A stretch of 24,000 nucleotides of DNA from an uncultured Christensenella sp. (GTDB lineage: Bacteria; Bacillota; Clostridia; Christensenellales; Christensenellaceae). The stretch is from contig CAYTKQ010000001.1 of assembly GCA_964438705.1 (NCBI GenBank), positions 138,790 to 162,789 of the forward strand, given 5' to 3'. The notes beneath the pieces were generated by a model that searched no databases, had not been told where the DNA came from, and was given only the letters and a program-made list of their open reading frames with translations. A program made the position numbers and the translations under genes. Positions 9,752 through 17,299 of the stretch are shown piece by piece (the first letter of the stretch is position 1; the number at the start of each line of letters is the position of its first letter).

Positions 9752-9943
9752 TTACACGTAACGCTCGACTTTGCCGGAGCGCAGGCAACGTGTGCACACA
9801 TACTTTCTCGTAGGAGTACCATTTTCAATGACCCTAACGCGCTGTACGTTCGGAGCCCAAATTCTTCTGGATGTTCTGTGCGAGTGGCTGACCTTATTGC
9901 CGGACATAACGCCTTTTGCACAAACTTCACAATACTTCGCCAT
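9752..9943 (-). CDS. rpmB: 50S ribosomal protein bL28
   Basis: MAKYCEVCAKGVMSGNKVSHSHRTSRRIWAPNVQRVRVIENGTPTRKYVCTRCLRSGKVERYV; Cys-pair form; GAGGTG ribosome binding site upstream on the minus strand. Confidence 0.97.
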   Translation of the reverse strand: MAKYCEVCAKGVMSGNKVSHSHRTSRRIWAPNVQRVRVIENGTPTRKYVCTRCLRSGKVERYV

Positions 9944-9985
9944 CTAAAACACCTCCCTCTTGGTGTATACGTTCAAACAGCGTTT

Positions 9986-10014
9986 ATTTTATCATCAATA
10001 ACGCGCGAATGCAA
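9986..10014 (-). promoter_or_regulatory. Predicted sigma-A-type promoter for rpmB
   Basis: Minus strand TTGCAT (-35), 17 nt, TAAAAT (-10), 43 nt upstream of the rpmB start codon. Confidence 0.7.
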
Positions 10015-10176
10015 GTATTTTTTATAAATTTGTTTGTGTACGGCGAATCGCCGTATCCCATTGAGCACTGGCAATGCCAAAGAAAAGGGGCAGACGCTTT
10101 CGGATCATAAGAAACATTTAATCAACGAGCCTTTGCAAACCAAAACACTTCCATATCTCACACAAAAAAATGGACT

Positions 10177-10204
10177 TTAACAAAAAGAAATTGCATATTA
10201 TAAT
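10177..10204 (+). promoter_or_regulatory. Predicted sigma-A-type promoter for the PTS regulator / PTS operon
   Basis: TTAACA (-35), 16 nt, TATAAT (-10) in an AT-rich intergenic region, about 100 nt before ATG 10302. Confidence 0.6.
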
Positions 10205-10261
10205 CAAATTAACATTTTAAATTCTTTTCCTATTACGATTTAAAAGGCAATCATCAATTTG

Positions 10262-10283
10262 CAAAGAACGTTAACGCTCTTTG
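10262..10283 (+). promoter_or_regulatory. Candidate operator or leader hairpin upstream of the PTS regulator
   Basis: 22-nt near-perfect dyad CAAAGAACGTTAACGCTCTTTG (10 of 11 positions complementary, with inner palindrome CGTTAACG), 18 nt before the start codon. Confidence 0.5.
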
Positions 10284-10301
10284 TAGTGGGGGAATTCTTT
10301 T

Positions 10302-12338
10302 ATGTACAGACGTTTGAACCTGATTATTTCGGAGTTATCCAAGCAAGGCGCGCGGCCGGATGTGGCAGTTCTCGCGGATTTTTTTGGTGTTTCCGAAAAG
10401 ACGATCCGCAACGACATTGCGCAGATCAATCAGTTGACGCCGTGCAAGAGCAAAAAATCGATCGAAATCCTGTCGGATGGTGAGATCGCGCTTTCAGATG
10501 ATATTCAGGCATTGCGCGAACGAGTTTATTCGCTCTATGAATATAATCTCTCCAAGGAGGAACGCAGAGAAATTTTGTGTGTTATCCTCGTTCAGCCGCA
10601 TGAAAAGCATACCATTCAGTCTCTGGCAGAATTTTTGCTTGTGAGCAGAAATACCATAATCGCTGATCTTGAATATGTGAGAGAAAACTTTGCGGGGTAT
10701 GGGCTCAAGCTTTCGTCCGTACCACGCATGGGCTTTGCAGTGGAAGGAGCGGAAGAAAAAGTTCGCGCAATGCTGTTTGACATATTGCTGCCGTATGCCG
10801 TCGATGCGGCGGAATGCGGATATTTCGGCGGGTATCTATATCGGATGTTTTTGGGGAATGCGAACGCGGACCAACAATGTCAAACAGAAAAAGCATTGAA
10901 GGAACGCATCCGGCAATGGGAAAAAAATATGGGCGTGATGCTGACGGATGAAGCGTTTTACAGGGTATATGTCTATCTGCTTATTGCGTATCATCGCGTT
11001 CAAAAAAAGCACGGCTCGCTTGCGCCGGCAGGAGAAAGCCTCTGGTTTTTAGAGCTTGCACGTTCGCTTGCGCCTGCTGAAGCGGGTGAGATCAAGGCGC
11101 TCAGCCTGTTTTTAGAGGCACAAAAATACATACAGCCGCCCTATGTTTTACAAAGTGAGATCGTGCGGGTACAGCTTTTGATTGCGCGTTTTTTGGAGAG
11201 ACTGTCGGCGGATATCAATATGGACCTGAATGCTGACACGCTGCTGTTTCATCATTTGACAGAGCTTGTAACATCTGAGTCTGCTCAGCCGGAGTCGGGC
11301 GTACGATGCGTCGCAGGAAGCGGGCAAATCGAAGAGGCGGTGCTGCGCAATATGGATGTGTTGTGTGTGGATGACAAAACGCGCGCGGTTCTTGCACCGC
11401 AGATCGCAATTTATGTGACAGGTGCAATCCGCCGCAGGCAGCTTCGGCCGATGAAGGTGGTGTTGATCTGTAATACCGGAGTCGCAACTGCGAATATTTT
11501 GGTCGAACAGCTGACGGCGGGTTTCAACCTTGAGATTGCAGCGCTGCTTCCTTCCCATCAGGCGGACGAGGCGCTTGCGATCAAAGCAGACATGATCATT
11601 TCGACCGTGGAGCTCCCCAACTTTCAAAACGAATACATTCGTATTTCTCCTGTACTCACGGGTGCCGATTATCTGGCGATTCAGGAGCGGATCGATCCGG
11701 TGCATATCAAATCCGCGCCCGATCTTCAGCCGGATATTGGCGTGACCAACGCGTTGATTGGCTGTATGCCCGTCCTGGAAAAATATTTTGGAAGCAAGGA
11801 ACGTGTATTGAAATTTTTGTCGGACGTAAACGGACTTTTGAAGAATAATGAAAACGAAGAGGAAGCGTGCAACCCAATGCTGCATGAAATGCTTCCGCCA
11901 AGTCACATTTGCGTCGATCAGCCGGCGAAAGATTGCTTTGAAGCGATCCGCGCGGCGGCAGCTATGCTTTTGCAGGAGGGGTATATCGAGAAACGCTATG
12001 TAGAGGCCATGATACGCAATTTGAAGGAAAATGGGCCATATTTTGTCTTGTCCGATTTTTTGGCGGTTGCGCACGCCAATTGCGAAGATGGCGTCAATAA
12101 AACCGGCATGAGCCTGCTGCGCCTCAGCACGCCCGTGGCCTTTGGGGAAAACACCAAACCGATTTGTTTTGTGTGCGTACTGGGTGCGGTGGATTCAAAA
12201 AATCATCTGCGTGCACTGTTGAATTTATTTAAAATGATCAAAGTAGCGGAGTTTCGGCAGGCCGCGCTGGAGGCGAAAACGTCAGGGATGCTCGCACAGG
12301 TCCTGAAAAATTATGAGTTGCTGACGGACGCTTTATAA
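10302..12338 (+). CDS. LicR/MtlR/BglG-family PTS-controlled transcriptional activator (HTH, PRD region, IIB-like domain, IIA-like domain)
   Basis: N-terminal HTH (LADFFGVSEKTIRNDIAQIN), second HTH-like segment (SLAEFLLVSRNTIIADLEYVRENF), IIB-like KVVLICNTGVATANILVEQL, and C-terminal IIA-like GPYFVLSDFLAVAHANCEDGVNKTGMSLLRLSTPVAFG. Confidence 0.88.
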   Translation: MYRRLNLIISELSKQGARPDVAVLADFFGVSEKTIRNDIAQINQLTPCKSKKSIEILSDGEIALSDDIQALRERVYSLYEYNLSKEERREILCVILVQPHEKHTIQSLAEFLLVSRNTIIADLEYVRENFAGYGLKLSSVPRMGFAVEGAEEKVRAMLFDILLPYAVDAAECGYFGGYLYRMFLGNANADQQCQTEKALKERIRQWEKNMGVMLTDEAFYRVYVYLLIAYHRVQKKHGSLAPAGESLWFLELARSLAPAEAGEIKALSLFLEAQKYIQPPYVLQSEIVRVQLLIARFLERLSADINMDLNADTLLFHHLTELVTSESAQPESGVRCVAGSGQIEEAVLRNMDVLCVDDKTRAVLAPQIAIYVTGAIRRRQLRPMKVVLICNTGVATANILVEQLTAGFNLEIAALLPSHQADEALAIKADMIISTVELPNFQNEYIRISPVLTGADYLAIQERIDPVHIKSAPDLQPDIGVTNALIGCMPVLEKYFGSKERVLKFLSDVNGLLKNNENEEEACNPMLHEMLPPSHICVDQPAKDCFEAIRAAAAMLLQEGYIEKRYVEAMIRNLKENGPYFVLSDFLAVAHANCEDGVNKTGMSLLRLSTPVAFGENTKPICFVCVLGAVDSKNHLRALLNLFKMIKVAEFRQAALEAKTSGMLAQVLKNYELLTDAL

Positions 12339-12401
12339 GAGGTTCCAAAAGAGTGAGGGAACTCTTTCAAATCCCAAAATAGAAAAGAAAGGAGGAAGAT
12401 T

Positions 12402-12680
12402 ATGAAGAAAACTGTGATTATTGCATGCGGTACGGGAATTGCGACGTCTACGATGGTGAACGATGCGGTTGCGAATTTACTCAAGAAAAACCACATTCCC
12501 GCAGAGCTGATTCAGTGCAAGGTTTCAGAAATCGACGCGTATCTTGATCAGGCGGACTTGATCATCACTTCTATGAAGGTCAAAAGAGATTATGGAAAGC
12601 CAATGGTCACCGCGGTGGCATTTTTGTCGGGAGTTGGTCAGGAGGCGCTGGAAGCGGAGATCTTGGAAAAGCTGAAATAG
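12402..12680 (+). CDS. gatB: PTS system IIB component, galactitol family (substrate not provable)
   Basis: 92 aa MKKTVIIACGTGIATSTMVNDAVANLLKK..., active-site Cys in the CGTGIATS loop; AAGGAGG ribosome binding site. Confidence 0.88.
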   Translation: MKKTVIIACGTGIATSTMVNDAVANLLKKNHIPAELIQCKVSEIDAYLDQADLIITSMKVKRDYGKPMVTAVAFLSGVGQEALEAEILEKLK

Positions 12681-12761
12681 TTCGTAGGAAAACATGCAAA
12701 AAGACCCAAACATTGATACGGTTACAATAACCGTCCAGCTATTATTTCGGAGGTATCAATT

Positions 12762-14162
12762 ATGAGTTTTTTAGATGGATTAAGTGCAGTATTCGGGTGG
12801 ATACAGGGCTTGGGAGCAGCAGTGTTTGTGCCGATCATCATCATAGTCGTTGGCTTGGTGTTTCGTATCGGGTTTAAAAAAGCGCTGCGTGCAGGCATCA
12901 CCGTCGGCGTTGGCTTCATTGGCGTCAATTTGATTCTTAATATCGTGTGGACGTATGTGGGCCCGATCGCCACTACGATGGCGGAACGCTTTGGCTCACA
13001 GATGAACGTGATTGACGTCGGATGGGCTGCGGCTTCGGCGGTTGCCTTTGCAACAGAGATCGGTGCGCTTATCATCCCGATCATTTTGTTTGTGAATGTG
13101 CTGATGCTGATTGCGCGGCTCACAAAAACAGTTAATGTGGATATCTGGAACTATTGGCATTACGCGTTCACTGGTTCGGTGATTGCGATTGCAACCGGAA
13201 ATCTTGCGTTTGGCATTGTGGGTGCGGCAGCACACGCGATTATTGCGCTCAAGATGGCAGACATCTCTGCCAAGAGCGTTAATGATACCATTGGCTTGCC
13301 CGGTATATCAATCCCGCATGGATTCTCGGTGATCAACGTACCCATTGCCATGCTGATGAACAAGGTATACGACAAAATCCCGTTCTTCCGGTATAAAGAT
13401 GAAAACGAAGAAGAGGATGCAGAAGATATCAAACCGGTGTTTTCATTTATTACGGAACCGCTTATTATGGGCGCGATCATCGGTGCGGTGCTTGGTGCAC
13501 TGGGTGCGGATTATAGTGGAGGTCTTCTGAGCGCACTGCCGGGCATTTTGACCTTGGCGGTGAATATGGCGGCGCTGATGCTGCTCATGCCGCGCATGGT
13601 CAAGGTGATCATGGAGGGGCTGCTGCCCATTGCAAACGGCGCGAAGTCGTTTATGGAAACGCGGTTTAAAGGAAGAGAGTTTTATATCGGCCTCGACGCA
13701 GCCGTGATCCTTGGACATCCGACGACGCTGATGGTTTCCATGATTCTGATTCCGGTGACGATCTTTTTGTCCATCATCCTGCCCGGGAATAAGACGTTCC
13801 CGTTTGCGGATCTTGCAGCGATGGCGTTCTTTGTGGCGTTGGCTACGCCGATCCACAAGGGGAATTTCAGAAGGACGCTCGTCACGGGCATTATTACGAT
13901 GGTACTAGTGCTGTACAGCGCGACAATGCTCGCACCACTGGTCACACAGGTTGCGGCCTCCACAGGTTCCGATCTGCTTGCGACAGCGGGAAGCGCGGAG
14001 ATTACCTCGATGGTTGCAGGCGGAAACTACTTCACGGTGATTCTGGAGAGGCTGTCCTCGATTGGAGGACTTGGGCTGGTGATCATTGGAGCCATAACGG
14101 CCGTTACAACCTTCATTTGCAAGCGGCTTGAGAAAAAGGAGGGCGTGGACTCGGCATTATAA
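12762..14162 (+). CDS. gatC: PTS system IIC component, galactitol family permease
   Basis: 466 aa, highly hydrophobic, with GWAAASAVAFATEIGALIIPIILFVNVLMLI, NVDIWNYWHYAFTG and FYIGLDAAVILGHPTTL, typical of GatC-type permeases; ends at TAA 14160-14162. Confidence 0.92.
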   Translation: MSFLDGLSAVFGWIQGLGAAVFVPIIIIVVGLVFRIGFKKALRAGITVGVGFIGVNLILNIVWTYVGPIATTMAERFGSQMNVIDVGWAAASAVAFATEIGALIIPIILFVNVLMLIARLTKTVNVDIWNYWHYAFTGSVIAIATGNLAFGIVGAAAHAIIALKMADISAKSVNDTIGLPGISIPHGFSVINVPIAMLMNKVYDKIPFFRYKDENEEEDAEDIKPVFSFITEPLIMGAIIGAVLGALGADYSGGLLSALPGILTLAVNMAALMLLMPRMVKVIMEGLLPIANGAKSFMETRFKGREFYIGLDAAVILGHPTTLMVSMILIPVTIFLSIILPGNKTFPFADLAAMAFFVALATPIHKGNFRRTLVTGIITMVLVLYSATMLAPLVTQVAASTGSDLLATAGSAEITSMVAGGNYFTVILERLSSIGGLGLVIIGAITAVTTFICKRLEKKEGVDSAL

Positions 14163-14200
14163 TGGTTAAAAACGATAGAAAACAGTTAGGAGGTGGCACG

Positions 14201-14674
14201 GTGGAAAATTATGCGGATCTTCCAAATCTGCTCACAGATGAGCTCATTTTTACAAACGTACAAGCAAACAGCAGGGAAGAACTGTTTTCGTTTCTGGCGA
14301 AGGAATTTGGCAAGCGGGGTATTGTGAAAGGCAGCTTCTACGAGGCGCTTTTGGAACGGGAGAAAAATTACCCTACAGGCCTCTTTATGGAGCATATCGC
14401 TATAGCGATCCCGCACGCGGACAAGGAGCATGTCAACATGCCCGCAGTGGCTGTGGCAAAGCTTGCGTCGCCTGTGAGCTTCCACAGCATGGAAGACGCA
14501 GAGGATACGATTCAGGCGCAGGTAGTGGTCTGCCTTGCATTTACGCAGGAAGATGCGAATGTCAAGCTTTTGCCGCAAATTCTCCAATTTTTTATGGATG
14601 AGAAGCGGGCCAAACAATTTTTGGAATGTGAGGATGCCACGCAGCTTATGAACATGATGCGCGGTGAAGGCTAG
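14201..14674 (+). CDS. gatA: PTS system IIA component (PTS_EIIA type 2, GatA-like)
   Basis: ALLEREKNYPTGLFMEHIAIAIPHADKEHV with the conserved His; GTG start 14201 chosen because AGGAGGT lies at 14188-14194. The tracked ORF start is ATG 14162. Confidence 0.87.
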   Translation: MENYADLPNLLTDELIFTNVQANSREELFSFLAKEFGKRGIVKGSFYEALLEREKNYPTGLFMEHIAIAIPHADKEHVNMPAVAVAKLASPVSFHSMEDAEDTIQAQVVVCLAFTQEDANVKLLPQILQFFMDEKRAKQFLECEDATQLMNMMRGEG

Positions 14675-14777
14675 GGACTACTGATGTACCGAAAAAGAGT
14701 GGCAAACCGGGAGACGCGGAAGGGGAAACCTTTCCGCGCGGACGCCCGGCGGCGGAGCACGAGAAGGAGAAAAAACC

Positions 14778-15056
14778 ATGTATAAAAGATCGGTGATGAT
14801 TGTAAACAAATCTGGGCTGCATGCGCGCCCGGCAACGGATTTTGTAACGCTTGCGAAAAGTTTTCGCGCAAAAGTAAACATTGCACGGGAGGAAAATCCG
14901 GAAGAAAAGGCAAACGCCAAATCGATCATCACTTTGTTGACAATGGCATTGACCATGCATACGCCGGTCGTGATTTCCGCAGATGGTGAAGACGAACGGG
15001 AAGCGGTGGATGCACTGTGTGCACAGATTGAGGCCGGATTTGGCGAGGGTGAATAA
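14778..15056 (+). CDS. ptsH: Phosphocarrier protein HPr family
   Basis: SGLHARPATDFV (phosphoacceptor His) and NAKSIITLLTMAL around the regulatory Ser region; AAGGAG ribosome binding site with 8-nt spacing. Confidence 0.92.
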   Translation: MYKRSVMIVNKSGLHARPATDFVTLAKSFRAKVNIAREENPEEKANAKSIITLLTMALTMHTPVVISADGEDEREAVDALCAQIEAGFGEGE

Positions 15057-15058
15057 AA

Positions 15059-16762
15059 ATGGACGGGTACAAGCTTTTAGAAGGCATGGGCGTCAGTCCG
15101 GGCGTTTGCACAGCAAAGGCATTGCGGGTAGCGGCGCGAAACATCGATTTTAAACACTACGAGCAGAAATCGGCGGCAGAGGAGAAAGAGGCCTTCTGGC
15201 GGGCGCATGAAATGGTGCTGACACAAACGGCGAAGCTTGAACAGGCAACGCGGCAGCAAATGGGCGAACAGGAGGCACAGATTTTTCAGGCGCATAAAAT
15301 GATGCTTGAGGACCCGGAGCTTACCGATCCCATAGAGGAGGCGCTCGAGGACGGTTTGAGCGCACCTGCGGCTGTGATGCAGGAGATATCTGCTGTTGTC
15401 GCGATATTTGAAAAAATGGAAGACGAATATATGCGGGCGCGTTCGGCCGATATGGTAGATATTCGCGATCGCTTGCTGCTGACGCTGCTCGGACAAAGCG
15501 GAAGTAATATTGAACAGCTCAAGGAGGATGTCGTGCTGATCGCCGAAGACCTCACGCCCTCTGATACGGCGCGCATGGATAAAGCGCATGTCGTAGGGAT
15601 AGCGACCGAAAAGGGAGGCCGCACGTCGCACACGGCAATTATGGCAAATGCGCTCGGTATTCCATGCGTAACAGGGCTAAGGGGGCTGATGGCGGCTGTG
15701 CGTGACGGACAAATACTGGCGGTGGACGGGGAAGCGGGGCGCATTGAAATAGAACCGACAGCGATCCGGCTGCAAGAGCTCGGACAACAGAAGCTTAGGC
15801 AGGAAGAAGAGAAGCAATTGCTGGAAAAATGGCGAAATGTGCCCACCCAAACGGCGGATGGACGCCGTTTTGTGCTGGCGGCCAATGTGGGCACACCGCA
15901 GGAAGCGCAAAAGGCCTATCAAATGGGCGCGGAAGGCGTGGGGCTTTTTCGCTCGGAATTTTTGTATATGGACAGACGCACTCTGCCGAGTGAGCAAGAA
16001 CAGTTTGAGGCCTACGCGGGCGCGCTTTCAAAGGATCGTACGGTAGTGGTTCGTACGCTCGATGTTGGCGGAGATAAAAAATTTGACTGCATCGCGATGG
16101 AAGAAGAAGAAAATCCGTTTTTGGGAGAGCGCGCCATTCGCCTGTGCTTCCGGCATGAAGAGCTGTTTTTGACGCAGTTGCGTGCGTTGCTGCGTGCTGC
16201 CGCTTATGGGGACTTGTGCGTGATGTTTCCCATGATCTGCTGTATAGAAGAGCTTCTACAGGCCAAAGAGTGTCTGGAAAAGGCCCGCGCCTCGCTTGAA
16301 AAGGAGGGTGCTTCATATGGTACGCCCAAGGTGGGCATCATGATTGAGATTCCCAGTGCGGCGCTGATGGCGGACGCGCTTTGTGCCGAATGTGATTTTA
16401 TATCCATCGGCACAAACGACTTGATACAGTATACGGTGGCGGTCGCGCGCGAAAGCCAAAATATTGCACATTTATATTCCGCAAGCAATCCGGCCGTGCT
16501 CAAGCTGATCAAAATGAGTATTGATGCGGCGCACAACGCCGGTATCCCGTGCAAGATGTGCGGAGAGATGGCAGGAGACGAACGGATGATTCCACTGCTT
16601 GTGGGGATGGGCCTCGATGAATTCTCCATGAGTCCGCATTCCATCACGCGCGTGCGGCGGCAGATCGCGTCGCTGTGCGCCGCAGAATGCGAGACGCTGG
16701 CGAAGCGTGTTCTTACACTGCAAACCGGAGCGCAGGTGGACTGCGCGTGCGAGGCATTCTGA
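15059..16762 (+). CDS. ptsI: Phosphoenolpyruvate-protein phosphotransferase (Enzyme I)
   Basis: GMGVSPGVCTAKAL, active-site GGRTSHTAIMANALGIPCVTG, GVGLFRSEFLYMDR, GTNDLIQYTVAVARE, CGEMAGDE. Confidence 0.96.
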   Translation: MDGYKLLEGMGVSPGVCTAKALRVAARNIDFKHYEQKSAAEEKEAFWRAHEMVLTQTAKLEQATRQQMGEQEAQIFQAHKMMLEDPELTDPIEEALEDGLSAPAAVMQEISAVVAIFEKMEDEYMRARSADMVDIRDRLLLTLLGQSGSNIEQLKEDVVLIAEDLTPSDTARMDKAHVVGIATEKGGRTSHTAIMANALGIPCVTGLRGLMAAVRDGQILAVDGEAGRIEIEPTAIRLQELGQQKLRQEEEKQLLEKWRNVPTQTADGRRFVLAANVGTPQEAQKAYQMGAEGVGLFRSEFLYMDRRTLPSEQEQFEAYAGALSKDRTVVVRTLDVGGDKKFDCIAMEEEENPFLGERAIRLCFRHEELFLTQLRALLRAAAYGDLCVMFPMICCIEELLQAKECLEKARASLEKEGASYGTPKVGIMIEIPSAALMADALCAECDFISIGTNDLIQYTVAVARESQNIAHLYSASNPAVLKLIKMSIDAAHNAGIPCKMCGEMAGDERMIPLLVGMGLDEFSMSPHSITRVRRQIASLCAAECETLAKRVLTLQTGAQVDCACEAF

Positions 16763-16784
16763 AGAACGCTCTTTTTGACAGTTG

Positions 16785-16820
16785 ACCCGTCCGCATGAAG
16801 CGGGCGGGTTTGTTATTCTT
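16785..16820 (+). terminator. Intrinsic terminator after ptsI
   Basis: ACCCGTCCGC-atgaa-GCGGGCGGGT (10-bp stem with one wobble) followed by TTTGTTATTCTT. Confidence 0.85.
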
Positions 16821-16871
16821 ATAGGATGAAAATTTATTCCCTACATACTGAATTCCTGCAGAGATAATGGA

Positions 16872-16900
16872 TTGATATTGCCCAAAAGTTGTTATATAAT
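16872..16900 (+). promoter_or_regulatory. Strong predicted sigma-A-type promoter for the Asp23-family gene
   Basis: TTGATA, 17 nt, consensus TATAAT, 32 nt before ATG 16933, with AGGAGG ribosome binding site between. Confidence 0.8.
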
Positions 16901-16932
16901 AAATAACAATAAACCATTAGGAGGTTTTTCTC

Positions 16933-17286
16933 ATGAGTGCTAGTTTGAAGGTCGGTTTGGGAACAGTTACATACGGTGAAGATTATATCGCATCGATCGC
17001 TGGTTATAACGCGCTGGAATGCTATGGTTTAGTGGGTATGTCCCAGAAAAACATTTCGGAAATGGTTGCGAACCTGTTCAAAGGAGATAACCTCAAAAAA
17101 GGCGTTAAGGTGAAAACCGACGATTCTGAAAACATCATCGTTGAGCTTTACATCACGGTGAAATATGGCGTTTCGTTGTCGGCTGTCGCGGAAAACATCA
17201 TCGACAAGGTGAAATATTCCGTGGAAAAGGAAACGGGGCTGAACGTGGAAAGCGTTGACATCATCGTACAGGGAATTCAGGTCTGA
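16933..17286 (+). CDS. Asp23/Gls24 (YloU) family protein
   Basis: 117 aa; VELYITVKYGVSLSAVAENIIDKVKYSVEKETGLNVESVDIIVQGIQV is the typical Asp23-family C-terminal pattern; sits directly before the DAK2 gene, as in the usual yloU-yloV pair. Confidence 0.88.
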   Translation: MSASLKVGLGTVTYGEDYIASIAGYNALECYGLVGMSQKNISEMVANLFKGDNLKKGVKVKTDDSENIIVELYITVKYGVSLSAVAENIIDKVKYSVEKETGLNVESVDIIVQGIQV

Positions 17287-17299
17287 GGGGGAACTCGAA

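Noticed and set aside
10262-10283. CcpA cre site
   Set aside because: The CG-centred core fits, but the flanking TG...CA positions do not; kept only as a generic palindrome.
11148-12074. 308-aa minus-strand ORF antisense to the PTS regulator
   Set aside because: Overlaps the IIB- and IIA-like domains of the regulator; its translation has no recognisable pattern, so I treat it as an antisense shadow.
12996-13235. Minus-strand ORFs within gatC (12722-13123, 12996-13235, 13443-13856)
   Set aside because: Complement of a hydrophobic permease gene; composition is the expected artefact and no motif is visible.
14700-14760. Possible c-di-GMP-I (GEMM) riboswitch because of GGCAAACC followed by GACGC
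   Set aside because: Only isolated words match. The paired GACGCAAAGCC block, GNRA-tetraloop/receptor layout and expected helices of GEMM-I are not in place; an Infernal search would be decisive.
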